This document shows, one piece after another, positions 10,551-22,012 of a stretch of DNA of 64,000 nucleotides. The stretch lies in contig CBFFSA010000001.1 in the NCBI GenBank assembly GCA_965644495.1, forward strand, positions 620,001 through 684,000, written 5' to 3'. The DNA comes from Perkinsela sp. CCAP 1560/9. Taxonomy: Eukaryota; Protista; Euglenozoa: Kinetoplastea. Positions within the stretch are counted from its first letter, which is position 1. Each line of letters starts with the position of its first letter. The notes below the pieces were generated by a model. That model made no database searches. It had not been told where the DNA came from and was given only the letters and a program-made list of their open reading frames with translations. Both the position numbers and the translations under genes were made by a program.

Positions 10551-11951
10551 CTATTCTTTGATATCCTCTGTCTGCACGCAAAAATCCAGAGATTGTTTTT
10601 GCTTTAGTAACGTTTGTGCGTTTCCGTTCCAGCGCATAAAGCGACCCTGCACGGTTCTCGTATCTTGATTTTTCACATCGTTGCATATGCACAAAACGCA
10701 TTGGGCGCAGAGAGCACTTTCGCAACTCCCGCATTCCATAAAGTCGCGACGGGTGCCTATCTGGTACGAACACTCCGAACACTTCTTGATTGGGGTGGAT
10801 AAGAGAGTTTTGTGACGGTACCTCTTCCTTGAATTGATCCTTTTTAAAACTTTAACGTACTTTCTATTTTTAGAAAAAACGGACACCATGGGATATATGC
10901 AGCTCAGACAATACAGAGTGTGCAGTCGACTTATGTAACGAAAACCAGCGATTGATTCACCGAAATTGGGTTCTGCATTTAATTCTGCATCGTCGAAATC
11001 CGTCGCAACGTTTTCATTACGAAGACCAGAAAATATCAATGCCCAACTGTTGCTCATAAGATCTTCAGTCGGTTCTTCTGACTTTGGTTCTAGTGGAAGC
11101 AGATGATATCTTTCTCGGAGAATTTGGTATGGTTGGGCAGCGTCATCACATGACTTCTGCTTGGCTGTGCGCTGTGTTCTCCACCGAAGTTTCCAAGATG
11201 TCCAAAAATTACGAAATTCACCCCATTCTGAGTGGGAAGGAACATTTGCGCCTCCGTTATCAATAAGTCGATAGAGAAGAGCACAACAGAAATCTTCTGG
11301 ACATGTGAGGTCGTTTGTATTAAATGATTTGTCACCTTTGGATCCTATTGTCAAGTCTTTACAATGTTCATGCAGACTCCTAAGATCTGTCATGCCCTTG
11401 AAATAATCAGACACATCAGGAAAAGGGAACCGTGAATGCCACATGTGATACACAGATAAACCAAGTGCCCAGAAATCACGAATATATAAATGCTGAAGAG
11501 ATTCCGTGCTGTCCGATTCATATTTGTTCTCTGAGTGCGAAAAAGCAGATTTGGGCGCAATACAAGTACTGGGTACAAAGGCTAATGAAATCCGAAAAGG
11601 AGAACAGGAATGCGCGAATATCTCGTTGTCTTCAGGATACACCGCATGTGTATCGCGTACGCATGAATTCCCACTTTCCTTCTCAGTTTTGTGTGATAAC
11701 GCAAGCTCGTGATGCAAAGAGTTATCCCCACCTTCTACAAGAGAGGTTATATTAGGTATTCTGTCCACTTGAGCATCCCTCCGAACAACGTCAACACTTT
11801 CAATCAAAATAGCATCTGGGGTGATCCGTCCGTGTGTTGCTCCAAGACCATGTAAGGTCTGCAACTGCTTGGTGGCCTCAAAGAGAATTTCTATGGCTTC
11901 AACTGTACCGAGAACATTAATAGAAGGAACCGCATTACACTTTTCCTGCAT
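10551..11951 (-). CDS. Pseudokinase-like protein with C-terminal Cys-rich zinc-binding module
   Basis: LQTLHGLGATHGRITPDAILI (degenerate HRD loop), RDFWALG (DxWxxG); C-terminal CSEC..CGSC..CAQC. Confidence 0.6.
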   Translation of the reverse strand: MQEKCNAVPSINVLGTVEAIEILFEATKQLQTLHGLGATHGRITPDAILIESVDVVRRDAQVDRIPNITSLVEGGDNSLHHELALSHKTEKESGNSCVRDTHAVYPEDNEIFAHSCSPFRISLAFVPSTCIAPKSAFSHSENKYESDSTESLQHLYIRDFWALGLSVYHMWHSRFPFPDVSDYFKGMTDLRSLHEHCKDLTIGSKGDKSFNTNDLTCPEDFCCALLYRLIDNGGANVPSHSEWGEFRNFWTSWKLRWRTQRTAKQKSCDDAAQPYQILRERYHLLPLEPKSEEPTEDLMSNSWALIFSGLRNENVATDFDDAELNAEPNFGESIAGFRYISRLHTLYCLSCIYPMVSVFSKNRKYVKVLKRINSRKRYRHKTLLSTPIKKCSECSYQIGTRRDFMECGSCESALCAQCVLCICNDVKNQDTRTVQGRFMRWNGNAQTLLKQKQSLDFCVQTEDIKE

Positions 11952-12305
11952 TCTTGAACAGATAGACGTTATAAAAATTATTAGTTTATGATAAGGCTTT
12001 GTACGTTACCCACGCAAAGTAATTTGACGGAATTTGCTTACAAGAACGTATCAAATCAAGAATTTGTTGTGCAAAGTCAAAACCACAACAAATCGCGCAT
12101 TGCACTTTAATCAGATCCCTTCAAAATAATAATATACTACGGTCAGAAAAATTTTTTGATTCGTATTGCATACACATTTGTAGGCTCTCCAATCACACCG
12201 GGTTAACATTTCGTCCAGATTTTACATCTTCCCTTTATACGTCACACCCTTTCCCACACCTTCTTTTTCCCTCCCCTCTTCCCCCTCTTTTTCTTCCCCT
12301 CTTTC

Positions 12306-13142
12306 TTACCACCTCCCGGACTCCCGTTGTGACCGGTTCTCCACCCTCCCACACAGGTGCTCCCGCCTGCACACGTACCCCTCCCCCTCCCCCTCCCCCC
12401 TGCGTTCCATCATGTCACGCGCCCGGAGCTTGTGGTGCACCGCGCACACCACACGGTCCGTGACCCGACACGTGGAACCGGCGGTACACGTCCAGGACTG
12501 GGACGACCCGTCCTGGACCATGTACCGTGCATTGCGCCATATCCCGTGAAGGGAACATTTAACTTTAAGATTCACATATTGACTATTATTATTATTACTA
12601 TTACTATTAATCGTTATATTCGTGTTGGCGACTCGCCTCCCTCGGTCCATCGTTTTGGTATAGGAGGAGAGGGTGGTGCAGTCGTCGTAGGGGACGCAGA
12701 CGAGTTCCTTTGTGGTGTCGTCCACACGGAGACAGGAGATGTAGCGACGACGACCGTGTGTGGAACACACCGCGAATTGGGAGGAGCTGGTGGGAGGGGA
12801 AGATTGGGCTTCTGTTGTTGCTGTTGTTGTTGTTTTGGCTTCTAGGTTAGATTCTTTGGTTATGGGGAGCTCATTCTTTTCTATTGAATTTTCATGATGC
12901 ATTTTTGAACTTTCGTTTGCGTTGGACGTGTGACAGTAGCGAAAAGCGTGATGGTGAAAAGGTGGGGGTAGAAACGAGAGGGGAATGGGGGAAAAACGTG
13001 AAAAAGGGGTTGAGGGTGAGCGAGAAAGCGTTGAATGGAAGGGGTTGGTATTCTTATGGGGGAGGAAGGGGTTGGAAGGTGGAGTATGCGTGTTGCATGT
13101 TACCCTGAGGAGACGTGTGATGTTCTTGAACGGAGAAAACAT
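12306..13142 (-). CDS. Protein with 3 C-x2-H-x3-R..C-x5-C repeats, putative mitochondrial presequence
   Basis: CSTHGRRR..LVCVPYDDC, CSLHGIWR..WTCTAGSTC, CAVHHKLR..YVCRREHLC; N-terminus MFSPFKNITRLLRV lacks acidic residues. Confidence 0.75.
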   Translation of the reverse strand: MFSPFKNITRLLRVTCNTHTPPSNPFLPHKNTNPFHSTLSRSPSTPFSRFSPIPLSFLPPPFHHHAFRYCHTSNANESSKMHHENSIEKNELPITKESNLEAKTTTTATTEAQSSPPTSSSQFAVCSTHGRRRYISCLRVDDTTKELVCVPYDDCTTLSSYTKTMDRGRRVANTNITINSNSNNNNSQYVNLKVKCSLHGIWRNARYMVQDGSSQSWTCTAGSTCRVTDRVVCAVHHKLRARDMMERRGEGEGEGYVCRREHLCGRVENRSQRESGRW

Positions 13143-13360
13143 TCGTCTTTGTCGGTGGAATTAAAAATAGGGCAATAGAAAACCGCGAAGTTGTAAAGAA
13201 ATAGGCGTACAGGTAGTTTATCAAATGGATAAATAATCCAACAAATGTAAGAAAATTTGAGCTTCTATTGACATTATACTATAATGTCAAAAAGTGAGAC
13301 TCCTATAATGATTATAGGAGTCAAGGAATGTTTAGAAAAAATATTTAAGAGAAGAAAATT

Positions 13361-16300
13361 TTAGGCTTCCTTCGTGACTTTTATGAGACTTCTAGGGGGC
13401 GTTACCATTTTCAGTGCGCTGCTTAAACCGGATATGAATTCCTGACATTCAATCGTCCACTTTGTGTCGTAAAGTACTTGAAGCAGTACAGAAATACTGC
13501 TTTGAACAATGCAAAGCTCCGAATGCATCAGCATCTTAGAGCCCTCTCTAGTAGAACTTTCGCTCAGACGGGAGGTCGACTCACATAGGCTTATCATTTG
13601 CTTGAGAAATTCACTAATCATCGAACCTGAATTGCACAAAATGGAGCATCGCTCTATCCACTCCGGTTTCTCAAAGATTGGGGAATTTTGTGTAAAAGAC
13701 CACTTTTTTAGAAGCGCGTCAACGAGTTTCTCCAATAGTGCCACTAACAGAAGAGTTACTCCTTTTCCCTCGACAAGACGATTCAGAATAGGGATTCTTG
13801 CCGAGGTTTGCAGAATCTGACAGGCGACCTGCACAAACGGAGTTACAGACTCCCCCGTTGGTGTTGCCTTTTCGAGAAAATCGAATGTGCGATCAATGAA
13901 ATGAAATACATGAGCCAAAATACGCTCCACAAGAACTTGGTGCTTTGCGACATCCTTTTTGCACACCATACGAAGAGCGAGATGGTAGATATGCATGAGA
14001 TGGACTTGTTCGTGCGAGAACCCGTATGTGCTGGAGAGTTCACCTAAAAGATTGGCGTGAAACTTTGGAGACGCAAGAAGCTGTCGCCACAAGTGTATTG
14101 CAAGGGGAACACTACGAGGAGAGCACAACAGCGGGATGCTGTACCCGACAAATGTGGTCGAAAAAGGTGAAAATCGATCACATTCACGCAACATACCACT
14201 GGCAAGCCAGGAGAGTATGTACCGCATCCATTTACTGGGAGTGCTTAGCGAAATTTTTTGCAGCGTCGCGTGGCACATCATGCGACTATCTTTTTGCAAA
14301 CACTGCAGCCCGAGGACAAGAAGGCCTAACCAGAAGAGTGAACTTGAGTTTGCAAGACTGTGAGTTGTGTGTTTTATGTGACGCAGAGAGGCATACAAGC
14401 AGGGGTGCACAGTACGAAGGTCTAGTACGGTAGAGTTGATATCCCTTTTTCCGAACCGCGTAGCACTTGGTTTGCAGCCCGAAGAGGTAAAAGAGGGAAA
14501 TGAGATAGGCCGTGTCAACCACTGCAAAGCGAGATCGTACTGGTGTAACGTTTTCTCTAGAATAGAATTTCCCCATAGAAAGGAAATTCGATCTGTGAAA
14601 GAGATGTGATCGAAAGAATTGAGTTGTATGGAAGCAACAAGGGCACATAGGATGCTTATAGTGCTGGCTTGGCTGCAGTCCTTTTGGTGCTCCATGTCGC
14701 TGAAATGTGGCTTGGGCTCGATACAGTTTGAGGATAAAGAACTTACCAGAAAGGGTTCGCTGGTAACTTTTTCCAGACACTTCAACGTAAGCAGATCGAG
14801 AGGAGACGTAGAAAACGAGTAGGAGCTGCCAAGCCACTGTGATAGTACTCCAATACTTTGGATATATAGAGTCGTGTGAGAATCGGACGGAGCTTGTTGC
14901 GCTTCAGATGCAAAGGCATCTTTTACGTACTTGATAAGTAGTTCAAGACAGTCTTCTACCAATAGTAAGAAAGAAAACCGTAGGCCCCACTCTAGTGATA
15001 TACTTTCTATGTCATCGGAGGGCAAGAGGGCATGCGGACCTCGCTGAATAAAGCTATTCGGAAATGTGGGAAGAGACAAGTTGACTCCTGCATGGGCTTG
15101 CGGGATTGATAAGGATAAATTCTTTACCAGGCACATGGCCACGCTCCTCAATACTTTCTTTGAAGACCTCGTTGATAACTGACTTACAGTATGAAAAAGC
15201 ACGTATATCATCCGTCGTAGAGTTAATATTGTCGCAACTTCATCAAGAGGCAGCTCGAGAACTTTTTCACAGAAGAGAGTTTCCAGTTCTTGACCAAGAC
15301 ATGAACTTTTTTCTACCGCACTAATATCCCAAAAATCATCAAGTACGTCAGACACGAAATACTCAAACACCTTTTGTGAATTCCAACACGCGTCATACAA
15401 TGGCTTCCATGGTACTGAATTTTCTGTCTTTGTTGCTCTTTCTTGAAAACAAGACGGGATGGTAACGGGTTCAAGATTCAAAGGGTCACCACTGATTGCA
15501 CCGCTATCATTCTTAGTCTTCAATTCGGTATCCATAGTTACATTATGCATGTGTGTTGTCTTTCCCAATTTCATGCTGCGCAAAAACATGGTGAATGCTT
15601 CTTCAGAAGTGTATGCACGTTTATGCTTCAGCGCATACCTTCCTGTTGCATATAAGACACCTTTCTCCCACGTATAATTTCGTTTGGCGTTCAAGTTCTC
15701 CAAAGAAAATAAATTTTCTGATGTAAAGAGTTCCTTAAGCAGTGCAGAGACAAGTGTTGGAACTTTTTCATTCAAAAACAACGGTGCCAGTTGTTTTGCT
15801 TCTCGAATAGATAGTTTCAGGCTTCCTTGAAATGCGCTACCCGCTATTAACATTTCACAGCTCTGTGATGCGACTGCAGCATGGCCCTCAAGAGTCCGGA
15901 GGAAAGAGAAAATGTGTACCAAAAAGATCTCCAAAACATCTTCAGGCAGCTTTGCGGCCTTGCACATGAAATGCGATGAGGTAATTGTATTCGCATGAAT
16001 GACAAAATTTGGGCTACTCATAACCAAACCAACCAGTCGTCTAAGCACAGAACTTGGGACGTCTGAAGTTTGGGTCATCAGAACATCGAGATCCTTAACG
16101 TATGAGTATAGCGCTCCTCCGTAACACTCTTCAAGAAGGTCACATGAGGAGAGAAGGAATTCGTACTCGAACTGTGTCCTTTCTTTGTCATCCGTGGAAA
16201 CATCATGTGAACACAGTGTTTTAAGCAATTGACTTCGATGAGATATTAAGGAAGAGGAAGAAGGAAGCCAAGCAAGTGCATGCCTGCGTAGCAACAATGA

Positions 16301-17641
16301 GAACCGTCTCGAAATAGTGTTATTGTTACAGAAGTATTCTTCTACTTTACTGATTCTTTTTGACACAATCGTCAAAAGATTTAAAATGCCCAATCGAGTG
16401 AGGGAGATACTTTCTTTGTTCATAGGGTCAATCGAGTCCTTCCGGTCAATAAGTAGAGCGTTCAGTGCATGCTTTAGATCAGCTCCCAGAGTGGCCGTTA
16501 GCAGGTCTTTTACCGTGTAGGATGCTAAACGTTCAGGAATTTTACCAATCTGATATATCCGCCCCAAAGCGTGAAGGAGTAAGAAAATAGTATCCTGATG
16601 AGTTGAGTGAATATCTTGCCAGTCTCCAAAATTAGTTTTCTCTCTCCAAATATGAATTCTTCGCACTACTTTATTGATCGCTATGAGAAAAGAAGCATGA
16701 TCCAAGCTGACGATGTACTCAAGTAAATGAAGGTGATGTAATGAGCGCCATGGTGCAAGGAGTTCTACCATGCCCTGTAGAAAAACACGGATAGGTGTGA
16801 CGTTACCGAATTCAACCTGACTTTGTAAAGTTACATAGTGAAGAAGCTCCCATAAAAATCCTGTAAATTCATAGTGTTTTTCTGCCGCAAACGAGAGTCC
16901 ACCCAAAGCGCTGGAGAGAAAAGTCAATTTGTCATGCAAGTTAAACTCTGAATTGCTAAAAATAAGATCTCGTAGAGTACCTAGTACTGAGTCCCTGCTC
17001 TCGCTTGTGTCTTTGTGCACGAATTGACAAAGCAGCTTAGGTAGAGAGGGGCAGAGCCTAAAACCAAAATGCCTGACGTCATTGTGCGGAGCTTGCAGAT
17101 AACTTAAAAGAAATTGAACACACCTTTTTCGAAGCAATCTCCTACAACGAGATTTATCTTTTACGGGATCTGTGTTGCACCATGTTCTGTTGTCGAAAGG
17201 AAGTATTAACCGATGAAGCAAACTGGAACCATTTATTCGGTTTAAAACCGTAAGCAGCAGCAACGTGACACTAAGAAAAGAAATCTGAGAATCATTGATT
17301 CCCGAATCCGAAAGATCAAGTGCGTCTTTGAAAACAAGACGAAGACGAGAAACCACGTGCGGTACAATCAGCCATGTTCTGTTCCATTCGGCGTGTAGTA
17401 AAACAGCGCCCAGACCTTCAAACACAAGAGATAAAAAAGCGAACCGTTCAGGTTCCAACTTAGCCAAAGTACCACTTTGATAAGAAACGAGGTCTAGTAC
17501 GCAATTCAACTCCGGGTCTTGCGAAATATACTCATCGGCAAAGTAAGGTTCTTGAGCTGATTTATTTATCAATATGTCAAGTCCACTACGTGTGGTCGCC
17601 AAATGCTCGCTCTGTAAATATCCCACAAGAGAGCTTGCCAT
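13361..17641 (-). CDS. Nucleolar pre-ribosomal-associated protein 1 (URB1/Npa1)-like
   Basis: 1426-aa helical protein; RKRCVQFLLSYL..KDTSESRDSVLGTL..K and C-terminal LGLLVLGLQC..DSRMMC..L resemble Npa1 and NopRA1 domains. Confidence 0.6.
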   Translation of the reverse strand: MASSLVGYLQSEHLATTRSGLDILINKSAQEPYFADEYISQDPELNCVLDLVSYQSGTLAKLEPERFAFLSLVFEGLGAVLLHAEWNRTWLIVPHVVSRLRLVFKDALDLSDSGINDSQISFLSVTLLLLTVLNRINGSSLLHRLILPFDNRTWCNTDPVKDKSRCRRLLRKRCVQFLLSYLQAPHNDVRHFGFRLCPSLPKLLCQFVHKDTSESRDSVLGTLRDLIFSNSEFNLHDKLTFLSSALGGLSFAAEKHYEFTGFLWELLHYVTLQSQVEFGNVTPIRVFLQGMVELLAPWRSLHHLHLLEYIVSLDHASFLIAINKVVRRIHIWREKTNFGDWQDIHSTHQDTIFLLLHALGRIYQIGKIPERLASYTVKDLLTATLGADLKHALNALLIDRKDSIDPMNKESISLTRLGILNLLTIVSKRISKVEEYFCNNNTISRRFSLLLRRHALAWLPSSSSLISHRSQLLKTLCSHDVSTDDKERTQFEYEFLLSSCDLLEECYGGALYSYVKDLDVLMTQTSDVPSSVLRRLVGLVMSSPNFVIHANTITSSHFMCKAAKLPEDVLEIFLVHIFSFLRTLEGHAAVASQSCEMLIAGSAFQGSLKLSIREAKQLAPLFLNEKVPTLVSALLKELFTSENLFSLENLNAKRNYTWEKGVLYATGRYALKHKRAYTSEEAFTMFLRSMKLGKTTHMHNVTMDTELKTKNDSGAISGDPLNLEPVTIPSCFQERATKTENSVPWKPLYDACWNSQKVFEYFVSDVLDDFWDISAVEKSSCLGQELETLFCEKVLELPLDEVATILTLRRMIYVLFHTVSQLSTRSSKKVLRSVAMCLVKNLSLSIPQAHAGVNLSLPTFPNSFIQRGPHALLPSDDIESISLEWGLRFSFLLLVEDCLELLIKYVKDAFASEAQQAPSDSHTTLYIQSIGVLSQWLGSSYSFSTSPLDLLTLKCLEKVTSEPFLVSSLSSNCIEPKPHFSDMEHQKDCSQASTISILCALVASIQLNSFDHISFTDRISFLWGNSILEKTLHQYDLALQWLTRPISFPSFTSSGCKPSATRFGKRDINSTVLDLRTVHPCLYASLRHIKHTTHSLANSSSLFWLGLLVLGLQCLQKDSRMMCHATLQKISLSTPSKWMRYILSWLASGMLRECDRFSPFSTTFVGYSIPLLCSPRSVPLAIHLWRQLLASPKFHANLLGELSSTYGFSHEQVHLMHIYHLALRMVCKKDVAKHQVLVERILAHVFHFIDRTFDFLEKATPTGESVTPFVQVACQILQTSARIPILNRLVEGKGVTLLLVALLEKLVDALLKKWSFTQNSPIFEKPEWIERCSILCNSGSMISEFLKQMISLCESTSRLSESSTREGSKMLMHSELCIVQSSISVLLQVLYDTKWTIECQEFISGLSSALKMVTPPRSLIKVTKEA

Positions 17642-18278
17642 TAGACCAAATCAGATGAACGTTTACAGTGGGCTTTGTGTTTTGCACTTACAGAAAGATT
17701 TCTGTTTTAGTTAACGTGGGAAGAAAGTAATGCATGACATAGCGATGCTAAGAAAAAGTCAGTGATGAAAGGGCTTTCCTATTGTAAAGTTTGTAAAACC
17801 TTGTAGTGCATAATAACTTGGTTGAAAAACGCTTGATTGTTCACGAACGTGAACCAATCCGAAGAAAAAATATGTAGAACAATATAATAAAAATTTATAA
17901 TAAATTTTTCGTTTTGGATATTTTTCGTTTTGTATGTTCCTATAATACTATAGTTTCCATTATAACTCAATTCACATATAGTTCGATTCTACATATAATT
18001 CGAATTACTAATGCACGCTTCCGGGAGTCTGTATGCATAGGTAAAAAAATACATTAAAAGAGACAAACTGAAATACTTGCATATCGGCACTACGTTTGTC
18101 GAATATGCATGCCCGTAATACCCCGCGAGTGAAACGTTTCTCGTCTACCACGCGCTTGGATCTTACAGGATACACAAAATCTACATAAAGCATGTTGTGG
18201 TTCCCCAAGAGACACAGTGGAGTATCAATGTGCTAGATCAATGTGCAAGATTGGTTTATAATGCGTTATCATGATAGA

Positions 18279-20606
18279 TCAAACCAAAATTGTTTTGTTC
18301 TGACCTATCTGTGCCTCAATATCATTTCCCCTCAAATCTATCTCATGAAGTGTCTGAGGAATCGAAAGAAAAGTTGGCATGCTTGAAAGCTTGTTATGGC
18401 TCAAAGTTAAGTTCTCTAGTTTAGGGGGTAAAGTAATTTCTTTGGAGATGTCAGAAATTCGATTGTGATCCAGCTCAATGACCTGCATGTCGGTGGGCAT
18501 TGCGTCCCAATTTGAGATGGTATCGAGATGGTTGTGACTTGCACGGAGTTCCTTTAGATTTCTCGGCAGGTTAGAAAAGTCAAGACTTCTAGAAAATGAA
18601 TTGTGAGAAAGAGTAAGATTGCTTAGCGATAAAGAAAGGTTGGAAGTTTCAAGAACGCCGGAAAACTGATTGTTCGCCAGATTCAAGGTTCGTAAAAGTG
18701 AAGGAAGATGAGCTAATGTAACAGGACCAGTGAAGTTGTTGCGTTGCACTAATAGTTCTGTCAAACGGCTGGCGTATGGAATGCTGTGAAGATGTACTTC
18801 ATCTATAAACTGGTTTCCGCTGAGATTTAAGTTTGTTAGAGTAATCGGGAGGTTAGAAAAAGAAAGCTTCCCACCAAGTCGATTGTTATGAAGCTGCAGA
18901 AATATAATTTCCGTCGGCAGTTGCGAGAAATCAAGCGTCCCCGTAAATAAATTATCGTTTAAGTGCACGTACTTCAAACTTCGTGGAAGCTGTTCCAGGG
19001 AAAGGGCATCTGAAAGTTCATTCAAGCCTAACGATAAGTAGTAAATATTGTTTGGGAGTGCAGATAGGTCTACGGAACCATTGAACCTATTTCTACTCAG
19101 TCGAAGCTTGCGTAGCGTAGGTGTCAAACAATGAAACTTAAGCTGTCCAGTAAATGAGTTATTGGCTAGATCCAAATATTCAAGATTAGGAAGTTTAAAC
19201 TCGAGTCGGACGTCACCAATCAAGTTATTATCTTGCAAGTAAAGGCTCTTCAGTGTGTTCGGAAGTTGGGAAAGATAGATATTAGAATCAAAGCAGTTTT
19301 CGCCAAGGTCTACGTCTTCAATGCCATGAGGAAGATGAGACAAATGAATGGATCCAGAAAAGCGATTTGCTGACAAGTTCAGAATAATCAAAGACTGCGG
19401 TAGCATCGTAAGATCCACGTTCCCGCTAAATTTGTTATCATTTAGATAGAGATATAGCAAGGAATCGGGAAGTGTTGTCAGATCCCAGTTTCCAGTGAAT
19501 GTGTTGTTATCAAGACCAATCTCAACGAAGCCGGAATACGGATGCACAACTCCAATCATCTCAGAAAACGTATTGTTCGAGAGTCGTAAAATTTCCAAAT
19601 TTTGGAAAGGGGGATTAAAATCAATTGAACCCGTAAATCGATTGGTGGATAAATCAATTGCCTTGACTGTAGGAGGGAAGTTAGCACCAAGTTGCAACGA
19701 ACCAGACAATGCATTATCTGAGAGCATCAGATGGTGTAAATCAGGTGGGAGATTTGCGACGTGCAGGTCACCATAAAAATGATTGTGCCCCGCTTCAATG
19801 CCCCTTAGATGAGGGGACAGTGTATCAAGTTGAATCTTTCCAGAAAGTTTATTATGGGACACATCAATAGCATGAAGACCAAGAGGGAGATGAGGAAAAT
19901 CTGCTTCACCTTCAAACAAATTTTTTCTTGCCCTAAATTGACGTAAACTTGATGGAAGGGCGTCAAACGGCAGTGTACCAGAAAATAAATTTTTTTGAAT
20001 GAAAAGATTCTGAAGCGACGACGGTAAAGCATGAAAATCAAGTGTTCCATTCAGATTGTTGCTGTTAAGCTGAAGAGTATGCAAATGAATCCACGTGTTT
20101 GGAAATGTAATTTCACCGGAGAAATTGTTGCAGGACACGTTTATAAACACCATGCTGGCAGGAGCGGCTTCAAGGTATAGTGAACCACCAAAACAGTTGT
20201 TTGGTATATTCAAGTGCGTGATGGACGGAGGTAGGTTGTTGAGAGGGAAATTCCCTGACAATCGATTTCCAGACAGATCGAGTTCTTGAAGACCGATGGG
20301 AAGATACTCTGTTTGAAGTGTACCACTTAGGCCCATCCCGGGCCACTTAATATCAAGTACGTTGACGTTCCCCCCACATACCACTCCTTGCCACTGAGAA
20401 AGAGAAATATGTGTGCTCCACGACTCATGTCTTTGGGAGACGTTCTTAAGAAGTCGGTCGAGATCATATTCCTCAGGAAGGCGCTGCCCTCCGATTCGTC
20501 CATGAGGTGATGTGAATCGTAGCGCATTAGAAGAGTTTGTACGTGCCGTTCTACGCCTCTTATGAGGCGGTGCGGTACCTTCATCAAGTAGATGAGACAA
20601 TTGCAT
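18279..20606 (-). CDS. Leucine-rich repeat protein (long)
   Basis: More than 20 tandem ~23-aa LRRs (LPxxLxxLxLxxNxFSG) after a WxGVxC cap. Confidence 0.92.
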   Translation of the reverse strand: MQLSHLLDEGTAPPHKRRRTARTNSSNALRFTSPHGRIGGQRLPEEYDLDRLLKNVSQRHESWSTHISLSQWQGVVCGGNVNVLDIKWPGMGLSGTLQTEYLPIGLQELDLSGNRLSGNFPLNNLPPSITHLNIPNNCFGGSLYLEAAPASMVFINVSCNNFSGEITFPNTWIHLHTLQLNSNNLNGTLDFHALPSSLQNLFIQKNLFSGTLPFDALPSSLRQFRARKNLFEGEADFPHLPLGLHAIDVSHNKLSGKIQLDTLSPHLRGIEAGHNHFYGDLHVANLPPDLHHLMLSDNALSGSLQLGANFPPTVKAIDLSTNRFTGSIDFNPPFQNLEILRLSNNTFSEMIGVVHPYSGFVEIGLDNNTFTGNWDLTTLPDSLLYLYLNDNKFSGNVDLTMLPQSLIILNLSANRFSGSIHLSHLPHGIEDVDLGENCFDSNIYLSQLPNTLKSLYLQDNNLIGDVRLEFKLPNLEYLDLANNSFTGQLKFHCLTPTLRKLRLSRNRFNGSVDLSALPNNIYYLSLGLNELSDALSLEQLPRSLKYVHLNDNLFTGTLDFSQLPTEIIFLQLHNNRLGGKLSFSNLPITLTNLNLSGNQFIDEVHLHSIPYASRLTELLVQRNNFTGPVTLAHLPSLLRTLNLANNQFSGVLETSNLSLSLSNLTLSHNSFSRSLDFSNLPRNLKELRASHNHLDTISNWDAMPTDMQVIELDHNRISDISKEITLPPKLENLTLSHNKLSSMPTFLSIPQTLHEIDLRGNDIEAQIGQNKTILV

Positions 20607-20935
20607 AGAGCTCGGAATCTATTAGGAGATGGATTGAAGAATGATCCTGATACAAAAATCAAGAGAGGGTGAGTAGGGATTGATTCAATGTACATAGTCA
20701 ATACAATGTACATAAAGATTCGTATCTTATACTCAATGCACACACTTAGAAGTCTGCCCACCCAACGAGAGGTTCCTTCTAGGTAGGACTCGCCTAGCTA
20801 GCAAGGTAGCTAGTCACCACATGATGATTACAGCGGTTCGTGCCGTTTTCCTCCACAAATGTAGACGACATGCCGCAGTTTAATCTTTTTTCCTATCACC
20901 GTTTCCCCCATCGTCGTCCCCTTATTCAGATCTCC

Positions 20936-21694
20936 TCATTCCCCATTTTCACTTTTTTGCAACACCGTTTCCTGTTTTTCGCGGGTCCCGTTCTCTTCCT
21001 TCCCCCCCACTGGGGCGGGCTTTCGTCGTAACCTACGACTTCGTTTCTCCAGCTCCCGGGCATCCGCGGCCTCTCGTTCCTCCGCGGTAGGCACCACTCG
21101 TGCGTTGTGTGTAACCGTGGCGACCTCTCCGAAATCCGCCCTTTTCTGTTGCTGTCGTCGCTCTACTGCACTCTCCACGGTAGTCAGTTTCGCCTCCCGA
21201 CTTTGCCGTATCGAGGCGTCTTGTATGGGTTCAGGAAACCACGGGTAGGCGAGATAAACCACCGAACAAGATTGTAATTGTGGTGAATGGACCACCCTTT
21301 CGTCTCTATCCCGTAGCCCCGAACGACTCCCGACTTCACCCTCCATCGCCATGGCAAGCAGTTTGTTTTTCACCAATCCATTCTCCACAGTGCGTAGACG
21401 CCAGCGCATGGTAACTTGAGGCTCGAGCTTTTCCTTTTGATTTTCTATATTTCTATTGTTTATTTGTTTCGTTTTTGAATCTAATGTTTTTGAATCTAAT
21501 GTTTTAATATTTACTTGTGTGTTGTATTCAGCGATGGGATGCGAATCGTTGAGAAGTTCAAGGGTAGGGGGGGACCGGGAGGGGAAGGAGAGACGCAGGG
21601 GAGGGGAGGGATGGGGTGGAGGTCCGTCGTCGTCCATAAAGGCCACCAGAGCGTTGGGGTTGTGTAGGAAAAGGAGAGGGGAGGGAGAGGCCAT
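20936..21694 (-). CDS. Hypothetical protein
   Basis: 252-aa ATG-initiated ORF on the cluster strand behind a long pyrimidine tract; charged C-terminus; no recognised domain. Confidence 0.6.
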   Translation of the reverse strand: MASPSPLLFLHNPNALVAFMDDDGPPPHPSPPLRLSFPSRSPPTLELLNDSHPIAEYNTQVNIKTLDSKTLDSKTKQINNRNIENQKEKLEPQVTMRWRLRTVENGLVKNKLLAMAMEGEVGSRSGLRDRDERVVHSPQLQSCSVVYLAYPWFPEPIQDASIRQSREAKLTTVESAVERRQQQKRADFGEVATVTHNARVVPTAEEREAADARELEKRSRRLRRKPAPVGGKEENGTREKQETVLQKSENGE

Positions 21695-22012
21695 GAGAGG
21701 GGGGAAGGGGAGACGAAGAATACAGGAAAGGAAGGAGGATAAAATGGAGAGAAAGGGTGTGAGAGGGCGTGGAAGATTGAGAGAAGAAGAGAGGAGAGAT
21801 GAGGGAACTTGGGGATAAAAAAGGAAGTGTGGGTCACTAAGCTAAAAACGCAAGATGAGAAGCTAAGATAAAAAGAAATGGGGATCGTTGTTCGTTTTCC
21901 TATAGTGTCTGATACAGACGTGTTTTTTTGACTGAGATGGAAACCTTTTTTCCTTTTTTCTGAAGTCTATTTTCGTATACAGTGTATTCAGTATCTTTTG
22001 CGATGCCGTACA

